Shown piece by piece: positions 57,368 through 64,000 of a stretch of DNA of 64,000 nucleotides. Position 1 is the stretch's first letter. The number at the start of each line of letters is the position of its first letter. The notes under the pieces are model-generated. The model made no database searches, was not told where the DNA came from, and saw only the letters and a list, made by a program, of their open reading frames with translations. Made by a program: the position numbers and the translations under genes. Source of the DNA: Candidatus Moraniibacteriota bacterium (GTDB lineage Bacteria; Patescibacteriota; Minisyncoccia; Moranbacterales; UBA2206); assembly GCA_963775955.1 (NCBI GenBank), contig CAVZKT010000001.1, positions 85,437-149,436 on the forward strand. Direction: 5' to 3'.

Positions 57368-57456
57368 TTATAAAGTTTATAAAGTTAGAAAGTTTATAAA
57401 AAAAATAGTTAGAAAGAATAATCTTTACGAACTTTAAAAACTTGATAAACTTTTTT
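57368..57456. repeat. Word hairpin (ATAAAGTTT words / AAACTTT words) upstream of nrdR
   Basis: TTATAAAGTTTATAAAGTTAGAAAGTTTATAAA ... TCTTTACGAACTTTAAAAACTTGATAAACTTTTTT. Confidence 0.75.
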
Positions 57457-57467
57457 AACTTATTTTT

Positions 57468-57920
57468 ATGGATTGTCCTTTTTGCAATCATACGGAAACC
57501 AAAGTAGTTGATTCGCGCGAAACGAATGAAGGAAAAATTACCCGTCGGAGAAGGGAATGCGAAAAATGCGGTGCTCGCTTCAGCACTTATGAAGAAGTGG
57601 AGCTTTTGCGCCTCACCGTCGTGAAAAAAAACGGAGAAAAAGTGGACTATGACAAGACGAAAATAGAAACCGGAATAAGAAGAGCGCTGGTCAAGAGGCC
57701 GGTTTCTGAAGAAAAAATTGCCAAACTGGTGGGCGACATTGAATATGAAATTCAATCGCTGGAAAAACCGGAGGTGACCACGCGGGAAATAGGCAGAATT
57801 ATACTTAAAAAACTGAAAGAGCTGGATGAAGTGGCTTATGTCCGGTTCGCCAGCGTCTACAAATCATTTGGAAGCATCGAGAGTTTCAAAAAGGAACTGG
57901 ACATGCTGGAGGATAAGTAA
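57468..57920 (+). CDS. nrdR: Transcriptional repressor NrdR
   Basis: MDCPFCNHTETKVVDSRE...RRRRECEKCGARFSTYE zinc ribbon plus ATP-cone. Confidence 0.95.
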   Translation: MDCPFCNHTETKVVDSRETNEGKITRRRRECEKCGARFSTYEEVELLRLTVVKKNGEKVDYDKTKIETGIRRALVKRPVSEEKIAKLVGDIEYEIQSLEKPEVTTREIGRIILKKLKELDEVAYVRFASVYKSFGSIESFKKELDMLEDK

Positions 57921-57966
57921 GGTTAATTTGTTTTCTAATATTTAAATAATTCGGGGGAACAAGATT

Positions 57967-60138
57967 ATGGTAGGTAAATACAAAAATAAAATTACTAAAG
58001 TCATCAAAAGAAGCGGGAACGTCGTGGAGCTTGATCCGGAAAAAATTACCAAAGCGGTAATAAAAGCGTTTGCAGCCACCGGCGAAGGCAGTAAGGCGGA
58101 CGCCCAAAAAGTCAGCGACAAAGTCGTCCAGCTTCTCAATAAAAATTACAAAAAAGGCTATATTCCGGAAATTGAAGAAATCCAGGATTTAGTGGAAAGA
58201 GTGCTGATGATTTTGGATTTTGAGGAAACAGCCAAGGCCTACATTCTTTATCGCGAACAGCACCGGAAAATCCGCGAAACCGAAGAAACCTTGAAAGAGG
58301 CGGTGGATTTGGTGGATAAATATATCCAGGAAATTGACTGGAAAGTGAAAGAAAATGCCAATATGGCCTATTCCCTCCAGGGACTTAATAATTATATTTC
58401 TTCCATTGTCAGTTCCAAATATTGGATGAACAAGGTTTACACCAAAGAAATCCGCGAAGCGCACGAAAGCGGAGATTTTCATATCCATGATCTGCAGCTG
58501 GTGGCGGCTTATTGCTGCGGCTGGGATTTGCAGGATCTTATCCGCCGGGGTTTTACGGGAGTTCCCGGAAAAGTTGCCTGCAAGCCGGCCAAACATTTTG
58601 GTTCAATTTTGGGGCAGATGGTGAATTTTATCTATACTCTTCAGGGGGAAGTGGCCGGCGCGCAAGCTTTTTCCAATTTTGACACCTTGCTGGCTCCGTT
58701 TGTCCGTTATGATAAATTGACTTATGAAAAAGTAAAACAGGAGATCCAGTCTTTTGTTTTTAATATGAATGTTTCCACGCGCGTCGGATTTCAAACGCCC
58801 TTTTCCAATATCACCATGGACATCAACGCGCCCAAGACCCTGGCCAAGGAAACAGTGATAATCGGCGGAGTTCCGCAAAAAGAAACCTACGGAGAATTTC
58901 AGGAAGAAATGAATATGATCAATCGCGCTTTTGCCGAAGTGATGACCGAAGGCGATGCCAGCGGGCGAATTTTTACTTTTCCGATTCCGACTTATAACAT
59001 CGGAAAAGATTTTGACTGGAATGACGAAAAATTCAATCCGATTTGGGAAATGACGGCCAAATATGGCATTCCCTATTTTGCCAATTTCATAAATTCCGAT
59101 ATGGATCCGGATGACGCGCGTTCCATGTGTTGCCGGCTGCGGCTGGATAATCGCGAACTGCACAAGCGCGGCGGCGGACTTTTTGGCGCGAATCCTCTGA
59201 CCGGATCGGTCGGCGTGGTTACGATAAATATGCCGCGCCTGGGCTATCTGCCAAAAGCAAAAAAGATTTTTTTGCGCAGCTTAGACAAGCTGATGGATCT
59301 GGCCAAAGAAAGTTTGGAAACCAAAAGAAAAATAATGGAAACATTGACGGAAAAAGGATTATATCCATATTCCAAATTTTATCTGGATGCCATCAAGATG
59401 CGCCGGGGCGAATATTGGGCCAATCATTTTTCAACTATCGGCCTGGTCGGCATGAATGAAGCGCTGTTGAATTTGATTGGAAAAGATATAACTTCAAAAG
59501 CCGGGCAAAAATTGGCGGAGGAAATTTTATCGCATATGCGCGACAGGATAATCAAGTATCAGGAAGAAACCGGCAATATGTATAATTTGGAAGCCACGCC
59601 GGCCGAAGGAACATCCTACCGCCTGGCGCGCAAAGACCGGCTGCGATTTCCGGAAATGATTTTTGCCAACGATGAAGCGGTCAAGCATAAGGGGGCGGAA
59701 CCGTATTATACCAATTCCTCGCAGCTGCCGGTGCATTTTACGGAAGATATTTTTGAAGCGCTGGATCTGCAGGAGGATTTGCAGACAAAATATACCGGCG
59801 GGACGGTTTTGCATGGATTTCTGGGAGAGCGGATTTGGGACATTGAAACCACAAAAAAATTGGTCAGAAAAATCGCCGAAAGCTATACGTTGCCGTATTT
59901 CACGCTGACTCCGACTTTCAGCATCTGTCCGGTGCACGGCTATATCGCCGGCGAACATTACACTTGCCCGAAATGCGTAGTGGAACAAAAAACTGAAGTT
60001 TACTCCCGCGTAGTCGGCTATATCCGGCCGGTTGAACAATGGAACAGGGGCAAGCAGGCCGAATTCAACGACCGCAAAGAGTATGTGGTAAAGCAAAAAC
60101 GAAAAGCCGGACAGAAACAAAAACAGCTGGCGTTGTAA
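57967..60138 (+). CDS. nrdD: Anaerobic ribonucleoside-triphosphate reductase (class III)
   Basis: 723 aa. N-terminal ATP-cone, C-terminal Zn site CPVHG...CPKC, and the glycyl-radical motif SRVVGYIRP. Confidence 0.95.
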   Translation: MVGKYKNKITKVIKRSGNVVELDPEKITKAVIKAFAATGEGSKADAQKVSDKVVQLLNKNYKKGYIPEIEEIQDLVERVLMILDFEETAKAYILYREQHRKIRETEETLKEAVDLVDKYIQEIDWKVKENANMAYSLQGLNNYISSIVSSKYWMNKVYTKEIREAHESGDFHIHDLQLVAAYCCGWDLQDLIRRGFTGVPGKVACKPAKHFGSILGQMVNFIYTLQGEVAGAQAFSNFDTLLAPFVRYDKLTYEKVKQEIQSFVFNMNVSTRVGFQTPFSNITMDINAPKTLAKETVIIGGVPQKETYGEFQEEMNMINRAFAEVMTEGDASGRIFTFPIPTYNIGKDFDWNDEKFNPIWEMTAKYGIPYFANFINSDMDPDDARSMCCRLRLDNRELHKRGGGLFGANPLTGSVGVVTINMPRLGYLPKAKKIFLRSLDKLMDLAKESLETKRKIMETLTEKGLYPYSKFYLDAIKMRRGEYWANHFSTIGLVGMNEALLNLIGKDITSKAGQKLAEEILSHMRDRIIKYQEETGNMYNLEATPAEGTSYRLARKDRLRFPEMIFANDEAVKHKGAEPYYTNSSQLPVHFTEDIFEALDLQEDLQTKYTGGTVLHGFLGERIWDIETTKKLVRKIAESYTLPYFTLTPTFSICPVHGYIAGEHYTCPKCVVEQKTEVYSRVVGYIRPVEQWNRGKQAEFNDRKEYVVKQKRKAGQKQKQLAL

Positions 60139-60204
60139 GGTTTAGGAAAAAACAAAGAGATAAAGGGGCGGCTTTGGTTTTTAAATCAGGTCGCCCTTAA
60201 TTTA

Positions 60205-60336
60205 AAAAATCCAAAATTCGAAATCACAAATTCCAAACAAATTACAATGTTCAAAAAACAAAACCCAAAACATTTTGAATTTTGAAAATTATAATTTTGA
60301 ATTTATTTAGGATTTGTAATTTTGAATTTGTAATTT
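60205..60336. repeat. Word-hairpin element abutting the nrdG start (same family as 42036-42160)
   Basis: AATCCAAAATTCGAAATCACAAATTCCAAAC ... GATTTGTAATTTTGAATTTGTAATTTT. The shared core contains ATTATAAT. Confidence 0.8.
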
Positions 60337-60337
60337 T

Positions 60338-61041
60338 ATGGTGTTGGGCGGTTACCAAAAACTTACCCTCATTGATTATCCCGGAAAAATTGCCACCACG
60401 GTTTTTACGGTTGGCTGCAGTTTTCGCTGTCCGTTTTGCCATAATCCGGAATTAGTTAAACATGGAACATGGAACATGGAACAAAGAACAACGATGGAAA
60501 AAGAGTTTTTTGAGTTTTTGAAAAAAAGCAAAGGCAAGCTGGAAGGCGTGTGCATTACTGGAGGCGAGCCGGCGATCCAGCCTGATTTGGAAGAATTTAT
60601 CAAAAAAATAAAAAAGCTGGGTTTTTTGGTAAAGCTGGATACTAATGGCAGCCGGCCGGATGTGCTCAAGAAACTTATGGATAAAAAACTTCTGGATTTT
60701 GTGGCAATGGACATAAAAAGCAGCTCGAAAAATTATATTAAAACGACAGGATTAAAAGTGGATATCAAAAGGATAAAATTAAGCGTTAATTTGATAATGA
60801 AACAGCAAACTGCCGTATGAATTTCAGAACTACGGTTGTGCCCGGCATCCACACGGAAAAAGATTTTGAGGAAATCGCCAAATGGATCAAAGGCGCCAAG
60901 ACTTATTATCTCCAGGAATACCGCGAAATTAAAATTCTGGATCCCAAGCTTAAGAAAAAAACCAAAGGCAAAACCATTGATCTGGAAAAAATTAAGAAAA
61001 AAATCGAGAAAAATTTCGGGAAGATGGGAATCAGGAGGTAA
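60338..61041 (+). CDS. nrdG: Anaerobic RNR activating enzyme (radical SAM), 2 frame changes near 60800-60825
   Basis: CSFRCPFCHN cluster, ITGGEP. YEFRTTVVPG is readable only after removing one A (AAA run) and one base in ATTTCAG. Confidence 0.88.
60461..60482. repeat. CATGGAA x3 array inside nrdG
   Basis: The 22-mer CATGGAACATGGAACATGGAAC is identical to 36663-36684. Translated as HGTWNMEQ. Confidence 0.9.
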
Positions 61042-61051
61042 AATCATACCT

Positions 61052-61383
61052 ATGAGAATTTATATAAAAGTCCTGCCTCGTTCGTCAAAAAATGAGGTCG
61101 CGAAAGTTTCCGAAGGGGAATATAAAGTGAAGCTGACCGCCCCACCAATTGACCCCGTACGAAGTTCATCAACAATTTTGTTTTTACAAACACGCTCAAG
61201 CGAAGCGGCTTCGCCTCTATATTTTTCTGTCAGCAAGCGCTTCTCAAAACTTCTAACGGGGTTGACGGCGCGGCCAATAAAATGCTATTAGATATACTAG
61301 CGGAGTATTTTAGTATTAGCAGAAGTTCGTTAAAAATCATCGGCGGAAAAACTGCCAGGGTTAAATTAGTAGAAATTTCATAA
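61052..61383 (+). pseudogene. yggU: DUF167/YggU family gene interrupted by a 113-nt MITE-like insertion
   Basis: MRIYIKVLPRSSKNEVAKVSEGEYKVKLTAPPID (frame 2) resumes as GAANKMLLDILAEYFSISRSSLKIIGGKTARVKLVEIS* (frame 1) after the insertion. Confidence 0.8.
61149..61266. mobile_element. MITE-like element (CCCGTACGAAGTT ... AACTTCTAACGGGG) flanked by direct TTGAC, inside yggU
   Basis: TTGAC at 61149-61153 and 61262-61266. The internal CTCAAGCGAAGCGGCTTCGCC module matches the copy at 11278-11394. Confidence 0.75.
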
Positions 61384-61399
61384 ATTTAAGGAGGTTTTT

Positions 61400-61594
61400 A
61401 TGAGAGATGCGATGGAAATAGCGGGGAAAAATAAGAGATTCAGCAATCCATTAGATTGGGATATGACGACTCTTCGCATAGAACACGATCGTGAATATAC
61501 TCCTCTGGGTAGGCCTATTTACAAAGGAGAAAGACCAAGCGATATTATAAGAAAATGTCGTGAGGCGGAAAAAGAGTTAAGGAAAACTATATAG
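61400..61594 (+). CDS. Hypothetical small protein (64 aa)
   Basis: AAGGAGG RBS 7 nt upstream, followed by a terminator. Confidence 0.55.
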   Translation: MRDAMEIAGKNKRFSNPLDWDMTTLRIEHDREYTPLGRPIYKGERPSDIIRKCREAEKELRKTI

Positions 61595-61624
61595 GGGGCG
61601 GAGAAATCCACCCCTTCTTTTTTT
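61595..61624 (+). terminator. Rho-independent terminator
   Basis: GGGGCGGA-GAAA-TCCACCCC followed by a T-rich run. Confidence 0.8.
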
Positions 61625-61628
61625 AGAG

Positions 61629-61634
61629 TATAAT
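61629..61634 (+). promoter_or_regulatory. -10 box TATAAT, 6 nt upstream of the comEC ATG (leaderless geometry)
   Basis: TATAAT at 61629-61634, ATG at 61641. Confidence 0.45.
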
Positions 61635-61640
61635 AACTTT

Positions 61641-63092
61641 ATGACCAAATCCAAAATCTTCCTCGTTTTATCTTTAAGTTTTATTTCCGGAATTTTTTTA
61701 GCGTCTTTTTTCAAACTAGATGCTTTTTTATTTTACGCGCTGGCGGTAATTTCCGTCATAATTGTTACCTTGGGTTATAAAAATAAAATCGCACTGATTG
61801 TGGGGTTGGCAATTTTATTTCTGGCATTGGGAATCTGGCGGACGCAAAGCGATCTTCAAAAAATTGCGGAAAATAATCTGGACGGAAAAAATATTTCTGA
61901 AAATGTGGTGGTCGCCAAAGAGCCGGAGGAAAAAGATAATTACAAAAATATTGTGGTAAAAACAGAAGAAGGGCTAAAAGTTTTAGTACGCGCGAACATT
62001 AATTCTGACATAAATTACGGCGATGAATTAAAAATTGAATGCGCGCTGAAAATTCCGGAAAACAAGGAAGATTTTGATTATAAAATGTATTTAGCCAAGG
62101 ACAAAATTTTCTATCTTTGCCAAGGCGCCAAATTCGAGAAAACCGGAAATAATCGGGGCAACAAACTCTATGCGGGAATATTAAATTTAAAAAACAAAAT
62201 GGCGGGCAATATCAACCGCGTGGTTCCCTATCCGGAATCGGCTTTGGGAAGCGGGCTTATTTTCGGCGGAAGCGGAGATTTGCCGAAGGAACTGAAAAAT
62301 AATTTTTCCCGCACCGGCATGACCCATATCGTGGCTGTTTCCGGCTATAATGTCACAATCATCGCGGAATATCTGATTTTATTCGGCATATTTTTCGGAC
62401 TTGGGAGAAAACAAGCTTTTTGGTTCGCGATTTTCGGAATAATTTTATTTGTAACGATGATCGGCCTCCCTTCCTCGGCGGTGCGCGCCGGAGTGATGGG
62501 TTCACTTCTGCTTTGGGCGATGAAAAACGGGCGGCTCGCCAATTCCTGGAACGCCATAATTTTTGCCGGCGCGGTGATGCTTTTCATTAACCCGCTGGTT
62601 TTGCGCTGGGATATCGGGTTCCAGCTTTCATTTCTGGCGGCCATCGGCATAATCGCGCTCGCGCCTTTTTGGGAAAAGGTGTTTATTAAAAACCACAAAG
62701 CATTAGGCTTTTCCGAAATATTTTTTTTGACTTTTTCGGCTCAGATTTTTGTCCTGCCGGTGATTCTTTATAATTTTCAAACTCTGTCAGTCGTATCTCT
62801 GGCCGCCAATTTGTTGATTTTTCCCGTCATTCCCGTTTCCATGCTCCTGGTTTTCTTGACCGCGGTTGCCGGATTGATTTTTACAACCCTGTCTTTGCCC
62901 TTTGCCTGGCTGGCGTATCTTCCGCTAAAATACGAGGTGTGGATAATTGAGACTTTGGGAGGCCTGACTTGGGCCAGCAAGCCAATAAAAAGTTTTGGCT
63001 GGCAAGGATTCTTTTTATGGTATCTGGCGCTGGGTCTGGCGGTTTATCTATTAAAGAAAAAATTAAATGCTAAACCGGAAAATAATTTATAG
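61641..63092 (+). CDS. comEC: ComEC/Rec2 DNA internalisation channel (DUF4131 plus competence domain)
   Basis: 483 aa, polytopic. GMTHIVAVSGYNVTII motif. Confidence 0.88.
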   Translation: MTKSKIFLVLSLSFISGIFLASFFKLDAFLFYALAVISVIIVTLGYKNKIALIVGLAILFLALGIWRTQSDLQKIAENNLDGKNISENVVVAKEPEEKDNYKNIVVKTEEGLKVLVRANINSDINYGDELKIECALKIPENKEDFDYKMYLAKDKIFYLCQGAKFEKTGNNRGNKLYAGILNLKNKMAGNINRVVPYPESALGSGLIFGGSGDLPKELKNNFSRTGMTHIVAVSGYNVTIIAEYLILFGIFFGLGRKQAFWFAIFGIILFVTMIGLPSSAVRAGVMGSLLLWAMKNGRLANSWNAIIFAGAVMLFINPLVLRWDIGFQLSFLAAIGIIALAPFWEKVFIKNHKALGFSEIFFLTFSAQIFVLPVILYNFQTLSVVSLAANLLIFPVIPVSMLLVFLTAVAGLIFTTLSLPFAWLAYLPLKYEVWIIETLGGLTWASKPIKSFGWQGFFLWYLALGLAVYLLKKKLNAKPENNL

Positions 63093-63930
63093 CGTTCTCG
63101 CGATGCTTTTGGCGCTCGGCGTTATTCTGTTCCTGATTTTATGTTCTTTCGCGCATAGCCAGAATCTCAAAGTGATTTTTTTTGACGTCGGGCAGGGCGA
63201 CGCGATTCTCATAAGCCAGGGGCAGAATCAAGTGCTGATTGACGGCGGAAAAGACGGTAAAATAATTCTGGAAAAACTGGGGAAATACGTTCCTTTCTGG
63301 GACCGGACGATTGAAATGGTCATCGCCACTCATCCGGACGCGGATCATATCGGAGGGCTGATTGAGGTGGCGAGAAATTATAAAATCGAAACTGTTTTGG
63401 AAACTGATGCCAAGAGCGATTCGCAAACTTTCAAGACCTGGGAAGATTTAATTAATAGTAAAAATATTGAAAAAACAGAAGCCTTAAAAAATACGGCCAT
63501 CAAGTTTCCCAATGAAGCGCAAATTCAAATTTTGTATCCGTTCTCTCTGGCAAACAGTTCCGGATCCGACAGCAATGACTGGAGCGTCGCGGCCAGGTTG
63601 AATTTCGGAAAAAATAAATTCTTGTTTACCGGCGACCTGCCAAGCGCCAAAGAAGCTGAGTTGATGAACAGTAAAAGCGATGTAAGCGCGGATGTTTTAA
63701 AAGTTTCCCATCACGGGTCAAAATACGCGACCAGTGAAGAATTTTTGAACGCGGTTAGCCCCGAAGAAGCGGTGATTTCCGTCGGCAAAAATAATTCTTA
63801 CGGCCATCCGGCGCCGGAAATTATTGAAAGGTTGCTTAAAAATGGAACAAAAATTTGGCGGACAGACGAGGCGGGAGATATAAGATATACTTGTGCCAAT
63901 CCGGAAACGCGCTGCGCGATTGCCAACTGA
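63067..63930 (+). CDS. MBL-fold metallo-hydrolase (ComEC C-terminal domain encoded as a separate ORF)
   Basis: FFDVGQGDAILI, HPDADHIGG, VSHHGSK. Overlaps comEC by 26 nt. Confidence 0.88.
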   Translation: MLNRKIIYSVLAMLLALGVILFLILCSFAHSQNLKVIFFDVGQGDAILISQGQNQVLIDGGKDGKIILEKLGKYVPFWDRTIEMVIATHPDADHIGGLIEVARNYKIETVLETDAKSDSQTFKTWEDLINSKNIEKTEALKNTAIKFPNEAQIQILYPFSLANSSGSDSNDWSVAARLNFGKNKFLFTGDLPSAKEAELMNSKSDVSADVLKVSHHGSKYATSEEFLNAVSPEEAVISVGKNNSYGHPAPEIIERLLKNGTKIWRTDEAGDIRYTCANPETRCAIAN

Positions 63931-64000
63931 ATTTTTTTATGGTAAACTGTTTACGTGGCGCCTCGGAAGAGGTTTTTAATTAGCACTTATTTAATGAAAC

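Overview
A 64-kb chromosomal segment dominated by housekeeping genes, mostly on the + strand. Gene content points to a small-genome Patescibacteria/CPR-like bacterium: split ComEC, DprA, an LCP protein, short aaRS forms, an AbiE pair and a bacterial Elp3. This taxonomic call is inference. Recognised content includes a complete F-type ATP synthase operon (atpZ-B-E-F-H-A-G-D-C) and the genes tgt, glyQS, metG, leuS, hisS, glmS, folD, rsmI, tatD, pth, lepB, rpsU and ybeY. It also includes dgkA-ftsA-ftsZ, parA-parB, relA/spoT, topA, dprA, nrdR-nrdD-nrdG and comEC, plus one tRNA-Leu(CAA). I saw no rRNA and no CRISPR array. The genetic code looks standard. Major caveat: about 25 or more single-nucleotide frame changes break roughly 15 conserved genes (ftsZ, atpD, atpG, atpC, metG, glyQS, folD, parA, topA and others), while several very long genes stay intact. 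Wherever I resolved a junction it looks like an extra base in a short homopolymer, so I annotate whole genes and flag them. The most interesting material is non-genic. (1) Several families of hairpin, palindromic or MITE-like elements occupy almost every intergenic spacer, and some sit in frame inside essential genes (tgt, glmS, atpD, metG, leuS, nrdG); one copy splits a DUF167 gene. (2) A roughly 155-nt structured leader is shared by ftsZ and an FtsX-like permease, with compensatory arm changes. (3) The last 14 codons of glmS are duplicated with only synonymous differences. (4) An accessory block at 44.4-49.4 kb has three units sharing a 21-nt upstream motif. (5) A lexA / Bro-N (DinD-like) / AT-rich nuclease-like islet / Pif1 helicase module is bracketed by a perfect 17-bp inverted repeat containing a DnaA box. 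All family calls come from motif recognition by eye; no searches were run.
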